Shown one piece after another: positions 121,531 to 129,807 of a stretch of 248,000 nt of DNA. Below the pieces are notes generated by a model. It was not told the origin of the DNA. It was given only the letters and a program-made list of their open reading frames with translations, and made no database searches. Both the position numbers and the translations under genes were made by a program. Origin of the DNA: Hyalangium minutum. Lineage in GTDB: Bacteria > Myxococcota > Myxococcia > Myxococcales > Myxococcaceae. The stretch is taken from contig NZ_JMCB01000013.1 of the NCBI RefSeq assembly GCF_000737315.1, positions 20,001 through 268,000 of the forward strand, written 5' to 3'. Within the stretch, counting starts at the first letter, position 1. Every line of letters starts with the position of its first letter.

Positions 121531-122688
121531 ATGAGCCCGTACGATCTTCCCGCAGTCCTCTATTGTGACGACGACGCCCTGAACCTGAGGGTGTTTGACG
121601 CGAACTTCGGGCAACGCTTCCGCATCTTCCGCTGCTCCTCGCCCAACGAGGCGCTGGCGATGCTGGAGCAGCGGCGCGGAGAGATTGGCGTCGTCATCTC
121701 CGATCAGCGCATGCCCGGCATGAGCGGCGTGGAGCTGCTGGAGCGTGCGCGCACGCTGGCGCCCGACGCCAAGCGCATGCTCGTCACCGCCTACGCGGAC
121801 CTGCAGGCCGTGGTGGACGCGGTGAACCGCGGCCAGGTGACGCGCTACTTCGTCAAGCCGTGGGATCGCGCGGAGATGCTCGCGGCGCTCGAGGATGCGC
121901 TGAAGATCGCGCGCCTGGAGCTGAAGATCCGCGAGGTGGAGAGCCGGATGATGAAGGCCGAGCGTCTGGCCACGCTCGGGCAGGTGACGGCCGGCATTGC
122001 CCATGAGCTGATGGGCCCGGTGGGCTACCTCTCGCAGAACGTGGCCGCGCTGCGCCGCGACATCGATCAGGTCATCGAGTACGTGAACAAGCACCTGGCC
122101 CAGGATCCGGACCGGGGCGTATCGGAGACGGTGAAGGATCTGCCCTCGCTCATCGGGGACCTGGTGACGGGCACCGAGCACCTGCGGCAGGTGGCGCATG
122201 GGCTCAAGGCGCAGGCGCGCGGCGATGAGACGGAGCAGGCCGCGGAGATCTCCGAAGTGGTCTCCTTCGCCGTGAAGCTGGCGCGCGCCGAGGTTCGCGA
122301 TCGCGCCCGCCTGACGAGCAACGGCGATCCCGTGCGCGTGCTGTTCGGCCCGGTGAAGCTCTGCCAGGTGATCCTCAACCTCGTGGTGAACGCCGCTCAG
122401 GCCATGGAGGGCATTGGCCGGCAAGGGAAGATCGACGTGCGGTGGGCCACGCAGGACCACAACGTCATCATCACCGTGGCGGACAACGGTTGTGGCATCC
122501 CCGTCGAGCTGCAGGAGAAGGTGTTCCAGCCACTCTTCACCACCAAGCCGGTGGGTATCGGCACGGGCTTGGGGCTCTCCATCTGCCGCGAGCTGGTGAC
122601 GCAGTACGGCGGCAAGCTCAAGCTCTCCTCGGTGCCGGGGGAGGGGACGGAGATCGAGATTTCCCTCATCAAGGCGCCGATGCCTTGA
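121531..122688 (+). CDS. asgA: Receiver-histidine kinase hybrid, AsgA-like
   Basis: 385 aa, N-terminal REC and C-terminal HELMGP/HATPase; length and architecture match M. xanthus AsgA as recalled. Confidence 0.75.
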   Translation: MSPYDLPAVLYCDDDALNLRVFDANFGQRFRIFRCSSPNEALAMLEQRRGEIGVVISDQRMPGMSGVELLERARTLAPDAKRMLVTAYADLQAVVDAVNRGQVTRYFVKPWDRAEMLAALEDALKIARLELKIREVESRMMKAERLATLGQVTAGIAHELMGPVGYLSQNVAALRRDIDQVIEYVNKHLAQDPDRGVSETVKDLPSLIGDLVTGTEHLRQVAHGLKAQARGDETEQAAEISEVVSFAVKLARAEVRDRARLTSNGDPVRVLFGPVKLCQVILNLVVNAAQAMEGIGRQGKIDVRWATQDHNVIITVADNGCGIPVELQEKVFQPLFTTKPVGIGTGLGLSICRELVTQYGGKLKLSSVPGEGTEIEISLIKAPMP

Positions 122689-123379
122689 GGCCGAAGGCGT
122701 TGTGGAGCATGCGGCGCACGCGCCACATCGTCTCCACCTCGCTGGGGCGGACCTGATCCACCAGGACTGCGGTCCGCTCCTCGCGCTGCTCCTTCGGGCG
122801 CCCCTTCTTGGGCACAGCCTTCCACGTGACGCGGATGAAGTAGCGCCCGGGGGGGTGCTCGAACACGTCCACGGCCGTCACGTCGTCGAAGGGGATGGTC
122901 TCCAGCCGGGTCGCCGAGGGGGCCCAGGTCAGGCGCTCCAGCCGGAGCGTCTCCGTGGCGAAGTGCAGGACGAACCGCCGGCGCCCCAGCCGGGCCTCGA
123001 GCTTCAGCGCCGCCCCAATGAAGGCCGTGGCCACCAACCCCAGCCCCACCGGCCCCCCGTATCGGCTGGGGGCCACCACCAGCAGGGTGAGGCTGCACAG
123101 CGCACACAAGGCCGCCAGCATGATGCACAGCTCGGGGAGCAGGCGCTGGCTGACGGTGGGCGGCAGGCTTTGCCCTACCATGCGCCCTTCCTCGTACCTC
123201 AGGCGCACGTCTCCAACCCGAGGGGGGATCCGGTTCTCCGCCAGGGCGTCGGCAAAGCTCACACCTACAGCATAGGTCGTCTTCTCTCGTCGCTCGAAGT
123301 TACCTGCAAGCTGTGCGAATCTCTCCCCCAATGGATCTGCCGTTCGAAACGGAGGATGAGGCAGCGGGTGGGGGGACAC
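122669..123379 (-). CDS. Hypothetical membrane protein
   Basis: Two TM helices; start uncertain. Confidence 0.6.
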   Translation of the reverse strand: MSPHPLPHPPFRTADPLGERFAQLAGNFERREKTTYAVGVSFADALAENRIPPRVGDVRLRYEEGRMVGQSLPPTVSQRLLPELCIMLAALCALCSLTLLVVAPSRYGGPVGLGLVATAFIGAALKLEARLGRRRFVLHFATETLRLERLTWAPSATRLETIPFDDVTAVDVFEHPPGRYFIRVTWKAVPKKGRPKEQREERTAVLVDQVRPSEVETMWRVRRMLHNAFGLKASAP

Positions 123380-124296
123380 TCGCCTCGACCGTATTGGTAG
123401 TGGATGACGAGCCCGTCGTGCTGGACGTGTGCAGCCGGTTGCTGGCGCGCGAGCCAGACCTGGTCGTCACCCAAGCCACCAGCGCCGAGGAGGCCCTGCC
123501 GCTGCTGGAGTCCCAGCGCATCGACGTCCTCATCACCGACAAGAACCTGCCGCAGATGAGCGGCATCGAGCTCATCGCCGAGGCCCGTCGGCTCCAGCCC
123601 ACGCTGGAGGCGATGATGATCACCGGCTACGCCAGCTCGGAGTCGGTGATCGCCGCCTTCGCGGCCGGGGCCAGTGACTACATCCTCAAGCCGTTCGATG
123701 ACCTGCGCGTGCTGCGGGCCAAGGTCCGCTCGGCGCTCGAGCGGCGCACGGAGCGCATCAAGGGCCGTGAGCAGGCGCGGGACGTGGCCAGGCAGGCCGC
123801 CGCGCTCCTGGAGACAGGGCAGGACGCCCCGGAGCCCGCTCATCAGGCGCTCGAGGACGAGCTGCGCAGCTACGAGCAGACGGTGAAGAGCGGCGCCATG
123901 ACGGGCCGGGTGGCGGTGGTGGGCAGCCCCGAGGCCGTGCAGATGCTGGCTTCCGAGGGCTTCCAGGCGGTGGACTTGCCCGCCACCTCTCCGGAGCTGG
124001 AGCACTGCGACGTCGTCATCCTCGAAACGGGCGAGTCCCGGTGGCGGATGCTGGCGGAGATCCTCCAGTCTCGCTCTCCGGACGTGCTCCTGTTGGCCAA
124101 CCCCCAGGCGGACCTGTCGGACCTGCTGGAGGCCATCGGCCTGCGACTGGACCTGGTGGGCTTTGGCTCCTCGGCGGGCACCCAGGCCCTGCCGGAGCGG
124201 GTGAGGATGCTGCTGGTGAGCCGGAGCATCCAGCGGGCGCAGACGCGGCTCGCCAACGCCCTGCTGCTCTTCCACCGCAGCATCTCCCGCCGCTGA
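123313..124296 (+). CDS. Response regulator
   Basis: VVDDE, TDKNLP, MITGY, ILKPF. Confidence 0.85.
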   Translation: MRISPPMDLPFETEDEAAGGGTLASTVLVVDDEPVVLDVCSRLLAREPDLVVTQATSAEEALPLLESQRIDVLITDKNLPQMSGIELIAEARRLQPTLEAMMITGYASSESVIAAFAAGASDYILKPFDDLRVLRAKVRSALERRTERIKGREQARDVARQAAALLETGQDAPEPAHQALEDELRSYEQTVKSGAMTGRVAVVGSPEAVQMLASEGFQAVDLPATSPELEHCDVVILETGESRWRMLAEILQSRSPDVLLLANPQADLSDLLEAIGLRLDLVGFGSSAGTQALPERVRMLLVSRSIQRAQTRLANALLLFHRSISRR

Positions 124297-124396
124297 GCTG
124301 AACCCGAGGCGCCAGGAAAACCTGGCGCTTGGACTCGCTCGCAGACCCGCAAAAGCGAAGCGCCCGCTCTCCACGAGGAAGAGCGGGCGCCTCAGT

Positions 124397-124468
124397 TGAC
124401 CCTGCCGGGATTCGAACCCGAGTTTGTGCCGTGAGAGGGCACCGTCCTAACCACTAGACGACAGGGCC
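124397..124468 (-). tRNA. tRNA-Glu(CTC)
   Basis: GGCCCTGTCGTCTAGTGGTTAGGACGGTGCCCTCTCACGGCAC..GGTTCGAATCC..GGGTCA; CCA not encoded. Confidence 0.95.
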
Positions 124469-124527
124469 GTTCAACTGCGCCTTCAAGTATCGCTTCGGCA
124501 TCCTTGCGTCAACCGAAGTTTTTCGAG

Positions 124528-124598
124528 CTGGGGAACTAGGATTCGAACCTAGATAAGCAGAGTCAGAGTCTGCTGTCCTGCCGTTAGACGATTCCCCA
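124528..124598 (-). tRNA. tRNA-Gln(CTG)
   Basis: TGGGGAATCGTCTAACGGCAGGACAGCAGACTCTGACTCTGC..GGTTCGAATCC..CCCCAG. Confidence 0.95.
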
Positions 124599-124665
124599 AG
124601 AGCTGCCGTGCTGCGTGCTGCCGACTTCGAAACCTCTCCTACCACAACTCGCCGGGCTTCGTGAA

Positions 124666-125085
124666 CTACCGAGTTTTCTTCCCCGACTTCGTCTCCGGCG
124701 TCTTCCTGACGGGAGCCTGCTTCGGAGGCGCAGGCACCGGAACGACATAGATGCGAACCTCGTCGTTCGCTTCATAAATGTTCAACCCGTCGAAGTTCTT
124801 CCCCGAGGGGTTGACGATGTGCACCGCCTTCACGCCCGGCTGGTTGACGATCGGCTTTCGAGGATACGCCTGAGACGGATACACCGTCCGATAGTACTTC
124901 AGCGTCTCCTCATAGCCCTGCGGCGCCCGATACCTGTTCTCGCCCACCCTCTGCGCGCCGTCGGGGAGCTGCGCCCCGCTGACCGTCTCCGCCCCCGCCC
125001 CCGTCACCCACAGGACGGCCACAGCCGCCCAGAGCGGGCGCGGCTTATAGAAACGGCTCTTCAGGCTGTCAAGCGCTCGCGACAT
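124666..125085 (-). CDS. Secreted hypothetical protein
   Basis: Signal-like N-terminus; lies between gltX and the tRNAs. Confidence 0.6.
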   Translation of the reverse strand: MSRALDSLKSRFYKPRPLWAAVAVLWVTGAGAETVSGAQLPDGAQRVGENRYRAPQGYEETLKYYRTVYPSQAYPRKPIVNQPGVKAVHIVNPSGKNFDGLNIYEANDEVRIYVVPVPAPPKQAPVRKTPETKSGKKTR

Positions 125086-125151
125086 GGGGCGGCAAGATAG
125101 GGCCCGGCTGCGGCGTCGTCTACCGCCATCGCACGGGCCCCGGTTCAGGTG

Positions 125152-126582
125152 TCAGCCGCGTGCCAGGGCCGCATCCAGCCGGCGCAGGGCCTCGTCCTTG
125201 CCCATGAGGAGCAGCGTCTCGCCGATGCCCGGGCTCACCGTGTTGCCGGTGATGGCCACCCGGATGGGCTGCGCCACCTTGCCCATGCCCACGCCTGCTT
125301 TCTCGCTCACCGTCTTGATGACCGAGTCCAGGCCCGCCACGGTCCACTCCGGCATGGCCGCCACCTCGTCGCGCACCTGCCGGACGAGCTTCAGCGAATC
125401 CGCCGTGAGGTGCTTGGCCGCCGCCTTCTCGTCCAGCGTCACGCCCTGGAGCAGGTAGGGCACGGCCATGGTGGCCATCTCCTCCAGCGTCTTGGCGCGC
125501 TCGCGGAAGGCGATGACGAAGTGCTCCAGGCGCGCGTCGTCCGCGGGCAGCGCGTGGCCCTTGTCCGCGAGGAACGGCGCCAGCCGCCGGGCGATGTCCG
125601 CCGGGGGCAGCGTCTTCAGGTAGTGCTGGTTCAGCCACAGCAGCTTGTCCGGGTTCCACACGCCGGAGGTGCTGCCCACATCCTTGAAGTCGAACCACTC
125701 GACCATCTGCTGGCGGGAGATGACCTCGTCGTTGCCGTGGCTCCAGCCCAGGCGGATGACGAAGTTGAGCAGGGCCTCCGGGAGGATCCCGTTGGCCTTG
125801 TGCAACATGACGTCCGCCTCCTTGTGCTTGCGCTTGGAGAGCTTCTCGCGGTCCGGCCCGAGGATGAGCGGCAGGTGCGCGAACTGCGGCGGTTGCCACC
125901 CGAACGCCTGGTAGAGCATCAGCTGGGGGAAGGTGGAGTTCACGTGCTCCTGCCCGCGCGACACCAGGGTGATCTCCATCAGGTGATCGTCGAGGACGCA
126001 GCCGTAGTTGTAGAGGGGGATGCCGTCGCCGCGCATCATGACCCAGTCATCCAGGTCCGAGTACTCCTTGGTGATCTTCCCCAGCACCAGGTCGTCGAAC
126101 GAGACGGAGCCCTCTTGCGAGGGCATCTTGAAGCGAATCACGTGGTGGCGCCCCTCGGGAGCGTCCTTGCGCTCGCGGCAGGTGCCCTCGTACTTGTAGG
126201 TGCGGCCCTCCTTCTCCGCCTGGGCGCGGCGCTCCTTGAGCTCCTCCTGGGTGCAGTAGCACCGGTAGGCCTTGCCCGCGGCGATGAGCTGATCGATGTG
126301 CTGGCGGTAGGTGTCCAGCCGCTGCGTCTGGAAGTAGGGCGGGAAGGGGCCGCCCTTGTCGGGGCCCTCGTCCCAGTCGATGTCCAGCCACTTGAGCCCG
126401 TCCAGGATGGCCTTCAGCGAGGCCTCCGTGGAGCGCTCCAGGTCCGTGTCCTCGATGCGCAGGATGAACGTGCCGCCGAAGCGGCGCGCATAGAGGTAGT
126501 TGAACAGCGCGGTCCGGGCGCCACCAATGTGCAGGTAGCCGGTAGGAGAGGGTGCGAAACGTACGCGGTGAGCGGAGGCCAT
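125152..126582 (-). CDS. gltX: Glutamate--tRNA ligase
   Basis: RFAPSPTGYLHIGGAR, RIEDTD, KLSKR. Confidence 0.97.
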   Translation of the reverse strand: MASAHRVRFAPSPTGYLHIGGARTALFNYLYARRFGGTFILRIEDTDLERSTEASLKAILDGLKWLDIDWDEGPDKGGPFPPYFQTQRLDTYRQHIDQLIAAGKAYRCYCTQEELKERRAQAEKEGRTYKYEGTCRERKDAPEGRHHVIRFKMPSQEGSVSFDDLVLGKITKEYSDLDDWVMMRGDGIPLYNYGCVLDDHLMEITLVSRGQEHVNSTFPQLMLYQAFGWQPPQFAHLPLILGPDREKLSKRKHKEADVMLHKANGILPEALLNFVIRLGWSHGNDEVISRQQMVEWFDFKDVGSTSGVWNPDKLLWLNQHYLKTLPPADIARRLAPFLADKGHALPADDARLEHFVIAFRERAKTLEEMATMAVPYLLQGVTLDEKAAAKHLTADSLKLVRQVRDEVAAMPEWTVAGLDSVIKTVSEKAGVGMGKVAQPIRVAITGNTVSPGIGETLLLMGKDEALRRLDAALARG

Positions 126583-126694
126583 ATGAGGAGGCGCGGATTA
126601 GCAAGCGGGGGGATGACTGGTCAACGCGTGTCCAACAGTGAGCCGAGCGTTGCTGGAACCCATGGGCTACACTGACGGCAACAGAGGTGACCTG

Positions 126695-127270
126695 ATGACA
126701 CTCCGCACCATGATCTCCGCGCTCCTGGCCGTCGCCCTGCTGGCCGGGCTGCCAGCAGCCGCCACGACGATGCTCCGAATCGACCTGCCCGAGCTGGCCC
126801 AGGGCTCTGACACCGTGGTCCATGGCACCGTGCGCCGCACGGAGAGCCGGTGGAGCGCGGACAAGCGCCGCATCGTCACCGATGTGGAGATTGAAGTGGC
126901 GGAGACGCTCAAGGGGCAGGCGGGCAACACGGTGCTCGTCGTCCAGCCAGGGGGCCGGGTAGGGGACATTGGCCAGGTCGTCCACGGGCTGGCCTCGTTC
127001 TCCGAGGGCGAGGAGGTGGTGGTGTTCCTCGAGCGCCGCGGCACGAGCGCCTTCCGCGTCATGGGCATGGCCCAGGGCAAGTACCAGGTTCGCCGCTCCG
127101 CCGATGACCGCTCGGCGCTTGCTGTGCCGGACAACACGGGGGACGCGCTGCTGCTGGACCCGTCGACGCGCCAGCCGAGCACCACCGCGCAGCGGACGCT
127201 CACGCTCGACGAGCTCAAGGCCGCCATCAAGACCGCCTTGCAGCAGCCAGGGCAGGAGAAGCGCCAGTGA
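126695..127270 (+). CDS. Secreted partner protein upstream of metalloproteases
   Basis: Signal peptide; similar to 91574-92119. Confidence 0.72.
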   Translation: MTLRTMISALLAVALLAGLPAAATTMLRIDLPELAQGSDTVVHGTVRRTESRWSADKRRIVTDVEIEVAETLKGQAGNTVLVVQPGGRVGDIGQVVHGLASFSEGEEVVVFLERRGTSAFRVMGMAQGKYQVRRSADDRSALAVPDNTGDALLLDPSTRQPSTTAQRTLTLDELKAAIKTALQQPGQEKRQ

Positions 127271-128163
127271 TGATTCCCGCATTGGTACTCGCCCTCTCGC
127301 TGGGCCAGGTCTCCTCGGCTCCCTATGCGCGCAGCCGCGCCGATGCGGGCGATTCCTCGTCGCAGTGCCTCTTCTGGACGGTGCCGAAGATCACCTGGTA
127401 CCAGAGCTCCGTCGGCAACCCGCCGACGAAGCCCGCAGGCTCCGAGTTCGATGCCGTCCGCCGCTCCTTCCAGAACTGGCAGGAGGTCTTCTCCTCGTGC
127501 GGCAACCTCTCCATGGCGGAGGGGGGCACGGTGAATGACCGAGAGGTGGGCTACGAGGTGGGCGGTGACAACCGCAACCTCGTGCTCTTCCGCCAGCGCC
127601 GGTGCTCGGAGGTGGCGCCGTCCAATGACTCCTGCTGGACTGACGACGTCTGCGGCAACAAGTACGACTGCTGGAGCAATGACAGCCAGACGATCGCCGT
127701 CACCCTCACCACGTACGACGAGATCTCCGGCATCATCTACGACTCGGACATCGAGCTGAACACGCCGGGCTTCTACTTCACCACGTCGGATGGGCCGCTC
127801 TGCAATCTGCCGGTGACGACCACCCACTGTGTCTCCACCGACGTGGAGAACACGATGACGCACGAGATCGGTCACTTCATCGGACTGGACCACACCACCT
127901 ACCTGGGCTCGACGATGAACCCTCGGGCTCAGCCCGGAGAGACGTCCAAGCGGACCATCGATCAGGGCTCCAAGGACTTCGTCTGCGCGGCGTATCCGAA
128001 GGGGAAGCCCAGCGTGGCCTGCATCCATCCCACCACGGAGCAGACGCTGGGGCGCAAGGCCGCGCTGGCGGGCTGCTCCAGCGCCGGGGCCGAGGCGTGG
128101 TTGCCCGCGCTGGCGGGTTGGGTCCTGCTGGCCGTGCGCCGCCGCCGGGGGGCTGGCGCGTGA
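127267..128163 (+). CDS. Myxosortase-type (MYXO-CTERM) Zn metalloprotease
   Basis: HEIGHFIGLDH; GCSS..TM..RRRR tail. Confidence 0.82.
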   Translation: MMIPALVLALSLGQVSSAPYARSRADAGDSSSQCLFWTVPKITWYQSSVGNPPTKPAGSEFDAVRRSFQNWQEVFSSCGNLSMAEGGTVNDREVGYEVGGDNRNLVLFRQRRCSEVAPSNDSCWTDDVCGNKYDCWSNDSQTIAVTLTTYDEISGIIYDSDIELNTPGFYFTTSDGPLCNLPVTTTHCVSTDVENTMTHEIGHFIGLDHTTYLGSTMNPRAQPGETSKRTIDQGSKDFVCAAYPKGKPSVACIHPTTEQTLGRKAALAGCSSAGAEAWLPALAGWVLLAVRRRRGAGA

Positions 128164-129071
128164 GCCGTCTCCTGCCGCTCCTGCTGGCGGTCCTGTTCAT
128201 GGCGCCTGCCGCGGGAGCGCAGGTCTACCGGCGCACCGCGGTGCCCGGCCAGCCGCTGTGCCTCAACTGGCTCAGCCGCGAGTTCGTCTACCACGTCGAC
128301 TCCCAGGGCAGCCTCCGCACGCCCCGGGACACCGAGTTCCCCGCCATCGAAGCCTCGTTCGACACTTGGCGGACGCTCTCGGCGACGTGCAGTGACTTCA
128401 CCTTCGTCCGCGGCCCGGACGTGGACCGCCCCTTCGTGGGCTATGACAAGACCCCGGGCGCGGAGAACCAGAACGTCATCACCTTCCGGGAGACCGCTTG
128501 CCGGGATGTCGTTCCGTTCGATGATCCGTGCATCGACGCGGAGACCTGCGCGAACGATTTCTCCTGCTGGGAGCATGGGGACCTGACCATTGGGCTCACC
128601 ACGACGACTTTCAGCTTCAAGAACGGCGTCATCCTGGACGCGGACATCGAGCTCAATGCCTCGCAGCCCGGAGGCAACCTGGGCTTCCTCTTTACCGTCG
128701 TCAGCTCCCCGCTCTGCGAGGGCCTCCCCAACCCGGACTGCGTGGCCATAGACCTGCAGAACACGCTGACCCATGAGATTGGCCACGCCATGGGGCTTGA
128801 TCACGTGTTCGAGCCGCTCTCCACCATGGAGGCCTCAGCACCCCCAGGTGAGACGACGAAGCGGATCCTCGATGTGGGCACCTCCGCAGGCTTCTGTGAC
128901 ACGTACCCGCGCGGTCTGCCTCCCACGCAGTGCACCGCGCTCGGCGTGTCGAGCAAGAACCTCTTGGCCCAGAGCGCGGGGACTACCTGCGCGGCGGCCC
129001 CGGGAGGGCTGCTGCCCGGTGTGCTGCTGAGCCTGTGGATGCTCCGGCTCCGGCGCAGGGCTCGCCGCTAG
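128160..129071 (+). CDS. Myxosortase-type Zn metalloprotease, tandem paralog
   Basis: HEIGHAMGLDH; TCAAAPG..TM..RRRARR. Confidence 0.82.
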   Translation: MSRLLPLLLAVLFMAPAAGAQVYRRTAVPGQPLCLNWLSREFVYHVDSQGSLRTPRDTEFPAIEASFDTWRTLSATCSDFTFVRGPDVDRPFVGYDKTPGAENQNVITFRETACRDVVPFDDPCIDAETCANDFSCWEHGDLTIGLTTTTFSFKNGVILDADIELNASQPGGNLGFLFTVVSSPLCEGLPNPDCVAIDLQNTLTHEIGHAMGLDHVFEPLSTMEASAPPGETTKRILDVGTSAGFCDTYPRGLPPTQCTALGVSSKNLLAQSAGTTCAAAPGGLLPGVLLSLWMLRLRRRARR

Positions 129072-129080
129072 GGGGCGCCC

Positions 129081-129800
129081 ATGGGCGTCGCGTTCTTCGA
129101 TCTCGACAAGACGCTGCTCGCGGTGAACTCCGCCACGCTGTGGATCCGCCGTGAGGTGGCCCTGGGCCACATCTCCCGTCTTCAGGCACTTCGCGCCAGC
129201 CTGTGGATCGCCCGCTACCACCTGGGCTTCGTCTCCATGCAGGACGCGGTGGTCGCGGCCATTGCCCAGCTGGCGGGCACCTCGGCTCAGGCGCTCCAGG
129301 ATCGCACCACCGCCTTCTATGAGGCGCAGGTCCGTCCGCTCTATCGCCCCGGCGCCCTTCGCGCCGTCGAAGAGCATCGCGGCGCGGGAGATCGGCTGGT
129401 GCTGCTGACGTCCTCCTCGGGCTACCTCTCAGAGCTCGTCTTGCGCGATCTGCGCCTGGACGCCATCCTCTGCAACCGCTTCGAGGTGGATGCGCACGGC
129501 CTGCACACCGGCCGTCCTCTGGGAGATGTCTGCTTCGGATCGGGCAAGCTCACCCACGCGGAGCGCTACTCCCGGGAGGCGGGCTTCGCGCTGTCCCAGT
129601 GCTCCTTCTATACGGACTCGTATTCGGATCTGCCCGTGCTGGAGGTGGTGGGGAGGCCCGTGGCCGTGCACCCGGACTACCGCCTGCGCCGCGAGGCGGT
129701 GCGGCGCGGCTGGCCGGTGGTGGACTGGGGTGTGCCCTCCATCGGGGCCCCGGCCGCCGGTTCGCCTGCGTCTCCGCAGGCGGGCTCCGGCGCCGGGTGA
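129081..129800 (+). CDS. HAD-IB family hydrolase
   Basis: FFDLDKTL, YTDSYSD. Confidence 0.88.
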   Translation: MGVAFFDLDKTLLAVNSATLWIRREVALGHISRLQALRASLWIARYHLGFVSMQDAVVAAIAQLAGTSAQALQDRTTAFYEAQVRPLYRPGALRAVEEHRGAGDRLVLLTSSSGYLSELVLRDLRLDAILCNRFEVDAHGLHTGRPLGDVCFGSGKLTHAERYSREAGFALSQCSFYTDSYSDLPVLEVVGRPVAVHPDYRLRREAVRRGWPVVDWGVPSIGAPAAGSPASPQAGSGAG

Positions 129801-129807
129801 GCGGCGC

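Noticed and set aside
124397-124598. tRNA genes as an island integration site
   Set aside because: No integrase or duplicated tRNA 3' end nearby; flanks are core genes.
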